A stretch of 64,000 nucleotides of DNA from Acidobacteriota bacterium (GTDB taxonomy: Bacteria > Acidobacteriota > Thermoanaerobaculia > Gp7-AA8). The notes under the pieces were generated by a model. The model worked only from the letters and a program-made list of their open reading frames with translations, searched no databases and had not been told where the DNA came from. A program made the translations under genes and the position numbers. The stretch lies in contig JAFATB010000014.1 of assembly GCA_019244185.1 (NCBI GenBank), forward strand, positions 640,001 to 704,000, written 5' to 3'. Positions 47,860-58,214 of this stretch are shown here, in pieces (the stretch's first letter is position 1; each line of letters starts with the position of its first letter).

Positions 47860-49002
47860 TTAGCTTGGTGGCAGCGGCAGAACACTGCCGCCGGATGAGC
47901 GATCGGCCGTGAGGCCGAGGATGTGGAGAGGGGCGGAACTGCGGATGCGGATCCCGTACGGCGCGACGACCAGACCGAACGCCTCGGTGGCCTCGCGCAC
48001 GACGGTTTGGTTGGGCTCGATGGTCAACGTGTTGACTGCATACGGCTGGCCGGCGAAGTCGAGCAGCTCGACCGTCGCCGTGACCGCGGATGCATTGAGG
48101 TTCTGCACGGCGAAGCCGTACGTCTGATGTCCGGAGCCGCGCGCGGGACCGGCGGCCCGGCGTTTCGCCGGCGCGGGGCGCGGGAAGCGCAGCGTTGCGT
48201 CGGTGTACGTCACGGGCGCGAAGAGCGGCACCGCGCGGCGGAGGAGATCGTCGTTGCTCGGCGACGACGCGGTGCGCTGATACGCAAAGTACGTCGACTC
48301 GGCATTGCCGCTGCGCGCGCGGACGCGGATGCCGCGCATGTCGGTGGAGCGCGCGAGCACGACGTCGATGCGGCTGCTGCTGATGTAGCGCGTCTCCGCG
48401 ACCTGCGACTCGGAGAGCTGGATGCGCGTGTCGGGAGTGAAGTTCACGCCGGAGATGTGCACGACGCCGCCCGCGGGGACGACCGTCTCGCCGGGCGAGA
48501 CGTCGCCGATCGTGATGACGTTCGCCACGGTCAGCGTGCCGTTCTTCAGCTCGAGCGGATACTGCACGCCTGCCGGCGTGAGGAACTGCAGCGCGCCCGC
48601 GTCGAGCGTCTGCGGAAACGTCTGTCCGCTGTGCGCGTCGGGATCGACGACGCCGGCGATGGTGAGAATCGGATAGTCGGCCGCGGTGCCGAACAACGCG
48701 GTGGGCGAGTGGATGGCGAACGTCAGCTCGTCACCGTCGACGAGCGCGACCCCGTACGTCTGCGGGTCTTCGCTGCCGAGCGCGATGCCGTGCAGATTGC
48801 TGATGCCTTTGGTTTTCACTTTGCCCTTGCCGGTCGAGATCGGCTTCGGCTCGGTGACGTCGACTTTCACCTGCACGATGCTGCCGGCGGGCGCGGACTC
48901 GTCGCGGATGCGTAGCGAGAGACCGGCGAAGCCGTCGCCGAGTGCGGCGCCTGCGCCGAGGAGCGCGGCGGCGGCAAAGAGGTATCGGATGGAGCGGATC
49001 AT
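47860..49002 (-). CDS. Secreted protein with cohesin-like and IPT/TIG-like beta-sandwich domains
   Basis: Signal peptide; TIGDVSPG...VVHISGVNFTP...YISSSRI (IPT-like); starts 5 nt after the anti-sigma stop. Confidence 0.78.
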   Translation of the reverse strand: MIRSIRYLFAAAALLGAGAALGDGFAGLSLRIRDESAPAGSIVQVKVDVTEPKPISTGKGKVKTKGISNLHGIALGSEDPQTYGVALVDGDELTFAIHSPTALFGTAADYPILTIAGVVDPDAHSGQTFPQTLDAGALQFLTPAGVQYPLELKNGTLTVANVITIGDVSPGETVVPAGGVVHISGVNFTPDTRIQLSESQVAETRYISSSRIDVVLARSTDMRGIRVRARSGNAESTYFAYQRTASSPSNDDLLRRAVPLFAPVTYTDATLRFPRPAPAKRRAAGPARGSGHQTYGFAVQNLNASAVTATVELLDFAGQPYAVNTLTIEPNQTVVREATEAFGLVVAPYGIRIRSSAPLHILGLTADRSSGGSVLPLPPS

Positions 49003-49007
49003 GGACG

Positions 49008-49694
49008 TTATCTCCCGGGCACCGGAACTGCGACTCGAAACCGCTGGACTCCGGAGGAGGCCAGCTCATCGGAGCCGCGGCGCGCCGCGACGTCCCACAG
49101 CAAGGTCTTGCCGGGCGCACACTGCGCCACGACGTTCGGCGGTAACACGATGCGCGTTGCTGATGTTTCCGAATGCCACAGCAGCGTGCGGTCGACTTCG
49201 GTGATCTCGACGGTGTACGCCGTCGCGCCCGCCACCGCGTTCCAGCGCAGCTCGCGCGGCGCCGCGGCGAGGTCGCCGAGCGGCGCGACCGCGTCGAGGC
49301 GTCCCGTGCGATAGACGTTCGTGACGCCGGCGTCGCCGAGCGACGGCTCGCGCTTTTCCATCCACAAGCCGGCGACGATGACGAACACCGCCGCGGCGGC
49401 CGCTGCCCAGGCAAACCGCGGCGCGCGCCGGCGCGGCTCGAACGCGGTCACGTTCGCCGCGCCGTCGAGCCGCCGGTGCAATTCTGCGGCGACCCATGCG
49501 CCTGCACGCGTCTCTTCCGGCGTCGCCTCATCGCTCGTGAAACTCTGGAAGAGCGCGAGCTCGGACTGGCAGCGCGCACAGGTGTCGAGATGCTCGCGCT
49601 CGGCGGCCGTCAATGGTTCGCCGAGGCGTTCGAGGGCGAGGCAGTCGGGTGTTGCGGCGAGCGCCTCGCGCCACGCATCCCGCGGATCGTTCAT
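49008..49694 (-). CDS. Zinc-binding (ZAS) transmembrane anti-sigma factor
   Basis: HLDTCARC (HxxxCxxC), TM helix FAWAAAAAAVFVIVAGLW, extracytoplasmic Ig-like domain; ATGA overlap with the sigma gene. Confidence 0.85.
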   Translation of the reverse strand: MNDPRDAWREALAATPDCLALERLGEPLTAAEREHLDTCARCQSELALFQSFTSDEATPEETRAGAWVAAELHRRLDGAANVTAFEPRRRAPRFAWAAAAAAVFVIVAGLWMEKREPSLGDAGVTNVYRTGRLDAVAPLGDLAAAPRELRWNAVAGATAYTVEITEVDRTLLWHSETSATRIVLPPNVVAQCAPGKTLLWDVAARRGSDELASSGVQRFRVAVPVPGR

Positions 49695-50293
49695 GGCCGG
49701 TCTCCCCGCGCGAGGATTCGCTGCGCGGCGCGCGCGAGCTTCCGCTTCGCGCTGACGATGTACGCTTTCGCGCCGCTGCTGTTCTCGAGCCGCAGCAGGC
49801 GCGTGATCGCGTCGAGCGGCAGCTCGTCTCCGTAGTGCAGTGTGAACACGGTCCGCTCCTTCTCGTCGAGCGTCTGCGCGAGAAAGGTCTGCAGCCAGCG
49901 CGCGCGGCTGTTGCGTGCCGCGAGCTGCTCGGGATCCGGCTCCAGCGTCGCCACGTCGAGGAGCGCCTCCTCCGAATCGTCCATCGGCAGCGCGGCTCGT
50001 TTCGAGCGGTTGATCGCCTCGTTGCGCGCGATGCTGTACAGCCAGGTACCGAACTGCGAGTTGCCCTGAAACGAGTCGAGATGGCGATGCGCCTTGAGAA
50101 AGACGTCCTGCGCCAGATCGGCCGCCGATTCGCGCTCGCCCGTCAGCCGGAAGCACCAGCCGCCGACGCGCTCGTAGTAGCGCGCGAAGAGGCGATCCGC
50201 CGCCGCGCGCCTCTGCTCGGGCTTCGCGTGACGCCAGGCTGCGAACAGCTTCTCGTCCGTTTCGGGCGAGGGCGTCTGATCCATCGGTTTCAT
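49691..50293 (-). CDS. ECF-family RNA polymerase sigma factor
   Basis: AADLAQDVFLKAH...FQGNSQFGTWLYSIARN (region 2); LDEKERTVFTLHY (region 4). Start may be 50284. Confidence 0.93.
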   Translation of the reverse strand: MKPMDQTPSPETDEKLFAAWRHAKPEQRRAAADRLFARYYERVGGWCFRLTGERESAADLAQDVFLKAHRHLDSFQGNSQFGTWLYSIARNEAINRSKRAALPMDDSEEALLDVATLEPDPEQLAARNSRARWLQTFLAQTLDEKERTVFTLHYGDELPLDAITRLLRLENSSGAKAYIVSAKRKLARAAQRILARGDRP

Positions 50294-50310
50294 TATAGTG
50301 AGCGCTTCGC

Positions 50311-52812
50311 ATGATTCCCGGTCTCGTTCCCTTGAGACAACGCGCAGGTCTCCGGCGGAACAGAAATCTTTCGATGGTCGTGCTGCTCCTCGCGGGCTTC
50401 GCAGTGCGCGCACCGGCCGCGACCGTCGAAGAGACGCTCGCGCGGGCGCAGGCCGCGGTGAATGCGGGCGACACGGACGCGGCGCTGGCGACGTATCGCG
50501 CGCTCCTGCCGTCGCTGCCGCGGAACGCGCGGCAGCGGGCGGAGGTGCTCGATGAGCTCTCCGCGATCGAGACCGACGCGGGTGACTACGACGCCGCGGT
50601 GCGCGATGCGAAAGCGGCCGCCGACGTGTACGCGGCGCTGGGGGACGGACGCGGCCGCGCGTCATCGCTGAATCAGGCCGGGCTCGCGCAGATGTATGCG
50701 GGAAGTTACGCGATCGCGCGCGAGACGCTCGGTCGCGCGCTGCGCATTGCCACGCTCGCGGGCGATGCGGAAGGCCGCGTCGAGGAACTGATGAACCTCG
50801 CCAGCGTCGACTTCTACGTCGGCCGGTACACCGACGCCGCGGCCTCGTACGACCTCGCCGCGCGGATCCTCGACGAGCAGCGCGCCGCGCCGTGGACCGC
50901 GCGCCGCCGCCGCATCCTGCTCGCGAACCGCGCGACGCTCGATCAGCGCCTCGGCCGCTATGACGAAGCGCTCGCGCAGTACCGCCTCGCGCTGGCGGAC
51001 ACCGCGAACCTGCGCCCCGCGGAGCACGCGCAGATGCTGGTGAACCTCGGCGTCGTCTATCGCCGTCTCGGCGATCCTTACAAGGCGCTCGCGGCGTACG
51101 ACGAGGCGCTGCCGCTGTTCGCGCGCGACGAGCAGCTCGATGCGGAGCTGGGCGTGCTGAAGAATCGCGGCATCGTCCTCGCGCTCGACCTCGGCCGTCT
51201 CGTCGAGGCGCGGGCGACGTTCGCCGATGCCTTCGCGCGCGCGACGGCCTCGGGGAACGCGCGCGAAGCATTGCAGGCGCGGCTCTACGGCGCGGAAACC
51301 GAACTGCGTCTCCGCAATCTCACGGCGGCCGCGCGCGAGTTCCGCGCCGCGCTCGACGAAGCGCGGCGGCTGGAGACGGTCGAGGAACAGTGGAAGGCGC
51401 TGTACGGCCTCGCGCGGTGCGAGCTCGCGCTGCGCGACGTCGATGCGGCCGAACAGCATCTGCGTGCCGCGCTCGACGTCATCGAAACGATTCGCGAGGG
51501 CATCCGCGTTCCGTCGCTCAAGTCGGACTTTTTCAACGACAAGCGCGAGGTCTTCGACGCGTTCATCGCGCTGCGTCTGCAACGGAAGGCCGGCGCGCGC
51601 GAGTTGTTCGAGCTGATCGAGCGCGGGCGCTCGCGCGGCTGGCGCGATCGCCTCCGCCTTCCCGCGCACGTGGAGCTCGCGGCCGTGCAGCGCGCGCTGC
51701 CGGACGACGCGCTGCTCCTCGACTTCTGGACGTCGTCGTCAGGCTCCGCCGTCATCGCGATCGGCAGAACGAGCGCCGCGGTTCGCGCGATCTCCGTCGA
51801 CACCGCCGCGGTCCGCGCGCTCGCCGATGCCTTGCCGCGCGGCGCGGCGTCCGCGTGGCGTGCGCCCGCGTCGACGATCGCGCGCGGACTGCTCCCGCCG
51901 CTGCCGGCCGCGGCGACGCATCTCGCAATCGTCACCGATGGCGCGCTCGCGTCGATTCCGTTCGAGCTCCTGCCGGAAGGTGAGCGCCTCCTGATCGAGC
52001 GCCACGACGTCACGTATCTGCCGACCGCCGCGCTGCTGCTCCGCGGCGCGACGCGCATTCGTCGTTTCGCCGCGCCGTGGTCGGTGCAGTTTCGCGGTTT
52101 CGCCGACCCGCTCTTCCGCTCGGCCGCGCTCGACGATCCGCGCGATGTGCGCGCGCGCCTGGCCGGCTCCGCGCGCGAGGTGCGCGACGTCGCGTCGGAG
52201 CTCGGCGGCGCCTCGCGCCTCTACCTCGGCGCGAACGATCGGAAGGCGTATCTCGACGAGCAGGACGCGCCGCCGCTCCTGCACATCGCCAGTCACGCCT
52301 TCGTCGATTCCGGCGCGATCGAGCAGTCGCGCATCCTCTTCTCACCGGCGAACGCCGCCGGTGCCGCCGATTACCTCTTCCTCAAGGAAGCGTACGACCT
52401 GCCGTTCGCGCAACTGGAGCTCGCGGTGCTCAGCGCCTGCGACACCGAGCGCGGTCGGGTGTTGGCAGGGGAGGGGATCGAGAGTTTCAGCCGTGCGTTC
52501 CTCGCGGCGGGCGCGAAGAGCACGGTCACGACGCTGTGGCGCGTTCCGGACGAGAGCACGGCCGCGTTCATGCGCGTCTTCTATCACCACCTGCAGCTCG
52601 GTGCGACGCGTGCGGAGGCGCTGCGCCGTGCGAAGTTGCGTTTCGCGCACAGCAACACCGCGCTCGCCGACCCGCACTATTGGGCCGCGTTCGTGCTGAC
52701 GGGCGACGGCTTGCGTCCGGTGTCGACCGCGCTGCGCTGGCGGACGCTCGCGATCGCGCTGCTGCTGGTTGCCGCGGCGGCCGTCGCCGCGTGGATCGCG
52801 CGGCGCGGGTGA
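50311..52812 (+). CDS. TPR-CHAT (caspase-like) protease with N-terminal signal and C-terminal TM anchor
   Basis: Multiple TPRs; LLHIASHA (His) and LSACDT (Cys) dyad; TLWRVPD; PHYWAAFVL; C-terminal hydrophobic helix + RRG. Confidence 0.92.
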   Translation: MIPGLVPLRQRAGLRRNRNLSMVVLLLAGFAVRAPAATVEETLARAQAAVNAGDTDAALATYRALLPSLPRNARQRAEVLDELSAIETDAGDYDAAVRDAKAAADVYAALGDGRGRASSLNQAGLAQMYAGSYAIARETLGRALRIATLAGDAEGRVEELMNLASVDFYVGRYTDAAASYDLAARILDEQRAAPWTARRRRILLANRATLDQRLGRYDEALAQYRLALADTANLRPAEHAQMLVNLGVVYRRLGDPYKALAAYDEALPLFARDEQLDAELGVLKNRGIVLALDLGRLVEARATFADAFARATASGNAREALQARLYGAETELRLRNLTAAAREFRAALDEARRLETVEEQWKALYGLARCELALRDVDAAEQHLRAALDVIETIREGIRVPSLKSDFFNDKREVFDAFIALRLQRKAGARELFELIERGRSRGWRDRLRLPAHVELAAVQRALPDDALLLDFWTSSSGSAVIAIGRTSAAVRAISVDTAAVRALADALPRGAASAWRAPASTIARGLLPPLPAAATHLAIVTDGALASIPFELLPEGERLLIERHDVTYLPTAALLLRGATRIRRFAAPWSVQFRGFADPLFRSAALDDPRDVRARLAGSAREVRDVASELGGASRLYLGANDRKAYLDEQDAPPLLHIASHAFVDSGAIEQSRILFSPANAAGAADYLFLKEAYDLPFAQLELAVLSACDTERGRVLAGEGIESFSRAFLAAGAKSTVTTLWRVPDESTAAFMRVFYHHLQLGATRAEALRRAKLRFAHSNTALADPHYWAAFVLTGDGLRPVSTALRWRTLAIALLLVAAAAVAAWIARRG

Positions 52813-52939
52813 CGTAGCGGTGGTCCCGCATCGGAGTGTCGTCGCTCGGCCGCGTGCGCCGGTCAGTAGTGGCTTGTCGCGCGCGTCGTGAGTGGCCCTC
52901 GCGGCGCGCGAGCCACGCGGCATCATCGCGGGCGATCGT

Positions 52940-54196
52940 ATGGACATCGTTCGCGTCGACGTTGCGCAGCGCAAACGGCAGAAGATTGCGCTGCAGGTTG
53001 CCTTCGTCTGCATTGCCGTCTCCGTCGCGGCGGTGGCGTGGTCGCGATTGCGGCCGGCGTCGCCGAAACTCAGCCGCTCGCAGGCGTGGATCGACACCGT
53101 GCGCCGCGGGCCGCTCGCCATTCAGGTGCATGCCTCCGGCGTTCTCGCGCCGGAAGACGTGCAGTGGATCGCGGCGGCGACGGACGGCCGCGTCGAGCGC
53201 GTGCTCGTGCTCGCGGGCACGGTGGTGCAGCCGGAGACCGTGCTCGTCGAGATCCAGAATCCCGAGCTGCAGCAGGCCGCGACCGACGCGCAGTTGCAGT
53301 TGCGCGCCGCGGAAGCGGAACTGCAGAACCGCAGGAGCCAGGTGCAGAGTGCGCTCCTCGCGCAGCAGGCTGCCGCGGCGGCGGCGCGGGCCGACCACGA
53401 AGAGTCGCGTCTGCGCGCGGCGGCGGACGAGGACCTCGCGAAAGCGGGATTGATCTCGCCGCTGACGCTGCAGTTCTCGCGCGGGCGTGAAAAGCAGCTC
53501 GCCGTGCGCGCCGACGTGGAGGATCAGCGGTTGCGTCTCGCGCGCGCGAATGCCGGCGCCGACGTCGCGGCCGCCGTCGCGCGCGTCGACCAGATCCGCG
53601 CGCTGGTCGCGCTCAAGCGCCAGCAGTGCGATGCGCTTCGTGTTCGCGCGGGCCGCGCGGGCGTCGTGCAGGAAGTGCCGCTCGAAGCGGGACAGCGCGT
53701 CGCCGCGGGCGCGGTGCTCGCGCGCGTCGCCGCGCCCGAGCCGCTGAAAGCCGTCATTCAGGTTTCGGAAGTGCAGGCGTCGCAGATTGCGACGGGGCAG
53801 CAGGCGGAGATCGACACGCACAACGGCATCGTCACGGGCCGCGTCGTGCGCATCGATCCGGCGGTGCGCAACGGCAGCGTCACGATCGACGTCGCGCTGC
53901 CGCAATCGTTGCCGCCCGGCGCTCGTCCCGATCTGTCCGTCGACGCGACGATCGACGTCGCGCGCATCGCCGATGCGATCTATGTCGGACGGCCCGTGCA
54001 GGCCGCGCCGAACAGCAGCGTGGCGCTGTTCAAGTTGCTCCCCGACGGCGTGACCGCCGTCCGCACGAACGTCCGCGTCGGCCGCGCGTCGTTCAACGCG
54101 ATCGAGATCACGGGAGGCCTCGCGCCCGGCGACCGCGTGGTGCTTTCGGACACGAGTGCCTTCGACCGCTTCGACCGCCTCACCATCGCCGATTAA
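52940..54196 (+). CDS. HlyD/MacA-type periplasmic adaptor subunit
   Basis: N-terminal TM, GRVERVLV lipoyl half, coiled coil, GRVVRIDP, GLAPGDRVV. Confidence 0.9.
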   Translation: MDIVRVDVAQRKRQKIALQVAFVCIAVSVAAVAWSRLRPASPKLSRSQAWIDTVRRGPLAIQVHASGVLAPEDVQWIAAATDGRVERVLVLAGTVVQPETVLVEIQNPELQQAATDAQLQLRAAEAELQNRRSQVQSALLAQQAAAAAARADHEESRLRAAADEDLAKAGLISPLTLQFSRGREKQLAVRADVEDQRLRLARANAGADVAAAVARVDQIRALVALKRQQCDALRVRAGRAGVVQEVPLEAGQRVAAGAVLARVAAPEPLKAVIQVSEVQASQIATGQQAEIDTHNGIVTGRVVRIDPAVRNGSVTIDVALPQSLPPGARPDLSVDATIDVARIADAIYVGRPVQAAPNSSVALFKLLPDGVTAVRTNVRVGRASFNAIEITGGLAPGDRVVLSDTSAFDRFDRLTIAD

Positions 54197-54205
54197 GGAG
54201 ACCGC

Positions 54206-54906
<701 letters not shown>

Positions 54907-54910
<4 letters not shown>

Positions 54911-57309
54911 AAGCGCTCCTTCTTCACGAGCTCCGCAGCGTGCTCGCCGCGTTCCGCCGGAGGCCGCTGGTGCCGTTCATCGCGACGTCGATGCTCGCCC
55001 TCGGCTTCGCCGCGAATGTCGCGGTGTTCACCGTCATCAGCCGCACGCTGCTCCGGCCGCTGCCGTATGCGCGCGCCGAACGCATCGTGGTGCCGACGCT
55101 GACGTTCATCGGTCCCGGCCAGGCGGAAGATCCGGGGCCGGCCGGAAGCGTCGAGCTCGTGCAGTGGAAGTTGCGCAGCCGCGTGTTCACGGCCATCGAA
55201 GGCGTGCGCGACGTGTACATGACGCTGCGCGACCGCGGCGAACCCCAGGGCATCGCGGGGTCGACCGTGACCGGCGGCATCTTTCGCCTCTTCGGCGTAC
55301 GGCCGATCGTCGGCCGCGACTTCGCGCCGGAGGATGACGTGCCGAACGCGCGCGTCGTGATCCTCAGTCACGGCTGCTGGCAGCGACGGTTCGGAGGCGA
55401 CGCGAACGCGATCGGCCGCACGATCTTTCTCGACGGCAAACCGATGGAGATCATCGGCGTCATGCCGCGCGGGTTCGAGATCGCCACCGTCGACCGGCAG
55501 CCGGAGATCTTCGTACCGGCGGGCTTCAGTCTGGCGAACATGCCGACGCCGACCTCGCGCGGCTATCACGTCTTCGGCCGTCTTCGCGACGGGGCGACGC
55601 TGCAGCAGGGTCGCGGCGAGCTTCGCCGCATCACAGCGGATCTCGGCCGCGAGTATCCGGCGACCGAGCAGCGGCTGAGCGCCGACGTGCAGGACCTGCG
55701 CGAGGCCGGATTCGGCAAGCAGCGGCACGCGCTTCTCGTGCTGTGGCTGATGGTCGCGGTCGTGTACGTGCTGGCGTGCGTCAACGTCGCGAGCCTCCTC
55801 TCCGCGCAGATCGCCGACGAGCGCGGCATCACCGCGTTGCGCCTCGTGTTCGGCGCGGGACGATGGGAGATCGTCCGCTATCGACTGCTGCAAACGCTGA
55901 TCACCACGCTCGCGGGCGCGGTCGCGGGGTATGCGCTTGGCCGGCTCGTGCTGCGGGTCGTGCTCGCGAACGTCGCCGATCCGAAGCTCACCAATCCGGT
56001 CGAGCATGTCTGGGTCATGCCGCTCTTCCTCCTCGCGGTTTCGCTCGTCACCGGCATCGCGGTCGGTCTCGTTCCGGCGCTGCGCGAGACGCGCACGCGT
56101 CTCACGAGCGCGCTGAGCGAACAGAGCACGCGCATGTCGTCGAGCGTCCGCGCGACGCGGCTGCGCGAAGCGTTCATCGTCACGGAGGTCGCGCTCGCGG
56201 TGCCGCTGCTCCTCGCCACCGCGGCCACGATCCATCAGTTCCGGGCGCTGCAGCAGACGCCCCTCGGGTTCGACACGCGGAACGTGCTCATCTCGCAGAT
56301 CGTCGTCTCGCCGAAATACGACAAGGTCGCACGCGCGCGTTTCGCGCGCGAGCTGATCCGGCGGATCGAGGCGATGCCCGGCGTCGAGACGGCATCGACC
56401 ACGACCTGCTTTTTCACTCCCGGCAACACGATGACGACGTCGGTGGGAAGCGATCGCCTGCCGGAGCCGATGTCGGTGAACCTGCGCCGCATCACGCCGC
56501 ACTACTTCCGCGCGATGCGCATGCCGCTCGTCGCCGGACGCGCGTTCACGGACGGCGACGGCGTCGACGCACCGCCGGTGGTCATCATCAGCGCGTCGCT
56601 GGCGAAGCGCCTGTACCCGAACGAGAACGCGTTGGGCAAGCGCGTCCTGCGCGCGCCGCCCGCGGCGCCGGCGACGATCGTCGGCATCGCGCCGGACGTG
56701 TACGACGAAGGGGCGAGCGTCGAACTGCAGCCGACGTACTACTCGCCGTACCTGCAGACGAACAACATCTACATCACGATCGTCGTGAAGACGAAGGTCG
56801 ATCCGCTGACGCTGCGCGAGCCGGTCCGGCGCGCGGTCTGGTCGCTCGACCGCGACGTGACGCCGTCGAACGAGGCCGCGCTCGCGGATCTGATGCACGA
56901 CGCGATCGGCAATGAGCGGCTGCAGATGCAGATGCTCACCGGCTTCGGGCTCGTGGCTCTGCTCCTCGCGACGGTCGGGATCTACGGCATGACGTCGTAT
57001 GCGGTCGCGAGCCGCACGCGCGAGATCGGCGTGCGCCTCGCGTTCGGCGCGACGCCGCGGGACGTCATCCGCGAAATCGTCGGCCGCGCCGTGCGCTCGG
57101 TGTCGATCGGCCTCCTCGCGGGAGCGCTGCTGTCGTTGGTCGTGCAACGTGTCGCGTCGGCGCTGATCTACGCGGGCGCGAAGCTCGAATGGCAGTCAGT
57201 CGTGGCGATCGGCGCGGTTCTCTTCGCCGCGGCGCTCGTCGCCGCCGCCGTTCCGTCGATGCGCACGCGCGCGGTGCAGCCGGTGTGGCTACTGCGGGAA
57301 GGCAACTGA
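54907..57309 (+). CDS. ABC permease, MacB-like duplicated (ADOP-type)
   Basis: LLRPLPY, two periplasmic MacB domains, ACVNVASL, RTREIGVRLAFGA; about 800 aa. Confidence 0.92.
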
Positions 57310-58116
57310 GCCGGCCGGTGCGAGCCGGCTGCTTCTGCGGAACTCCGCGGGCGTCATGCCGGTCTCGCGGCGGAAGACGCTGGTGAAGTGGCTCTGATCG
57401 TAAAAGCCCAGCGCGAGCGAGATGTCGGCGATCGGCTCGGAGGAGGCGAGGCGCCGCCTGGCCTCCTCGATGCGTCGCGCGCGCAACCACTGCACCGGCG
57501 AGCAGCCGGCATGCGCGCGGAACAGCTTGCGCAGATACGGCGCGTGCACTCCGGTGAGCGCGGCGAGCTCCGACATCGCGGGCGGCGTGGCGAGGTTGGC
57601 GCTGAGGAACTCGCACGCCATGCGGAACGCGCGCGCGTCGTGGGACGCGACGTGCGTGCGGCGTGAGGCGGTGGCGACGATCTCCAGCGCGAGACCCTCG
57701 AGCGCGAAACGCGACACGCGGTCGGCCGTGCGCAGCTCGCTCATGATGCCCGCGATGAGCGGCGTGAGCAGCGGCGTCGACTTCGCCCCGTCGAAAAGGG
57801 AGGACTCACTCGTCACCATCTCCAGCGCGGAGTCGTGCACGTCGATCGTGAGACAGACCGTCTCCGCGGCATAACGATCGGTGTGGCTGATGTCCGGCGG
57901 CTTGATGAGGAGCGTGCGGCCCGTGCACTCGAACGCTTTGTTCGTGAACGTCTCGGTGTAGGCGCCGCGAAGAACGGTGGACATCTTCGCGCGCTGATGA
58001 CGATGGGCCGGGAGGGCCACGCCGCCGAAATACTCCGTGACGCGGAACTCGAAGGCGCCCGCCGCGGCGACGAAGATGTCATGGCCTTGCGTGGATCCGA
58101 CGAGGGGAGCGACCAC
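57289..58116 (-). CDS. AraC family transcriptional regulator (cupin + HTH)
   Basis: LPAHRH cupin; LGFYDQSHFTSVFRRETGMTPAEFR. Start inferred from a TACCCT -10 box. Confidence 0.9.
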   Translation of the reverse strand: MVAPLVGSTQGHDIFVAAAGAFEFRVTEYFGGVALPAHRHQRAKMSTVLRGAYTETFTNKAFECTGRTLLIKPPDISHTDRYAAETVCLTIDVHDSALEMVTSESSLFDGAKSTPLLTPLIAGIMSELRTADRVSRFALEGLALEIVATASRRTHVASHDARAFRMACEFLSANLATPPAMSELAALTGVHAPYLRKLFRAHAGCSPVQWLRARRIEEARRRLASSEPIADISLALGFYDQSHFTSVFRRETGMTPAEFRRSSRLAPAGSVAFPQ

Positions 58117-58214
58117 GTCAGCAGGGTACCACGCGGCCCTGCGCGGTTTGTTTCTTCCCACGAATCGCCCTGTTTTCCAAGAACGGGCGCGCTCCTGCAC
58201 GCGACACTGCGTGC

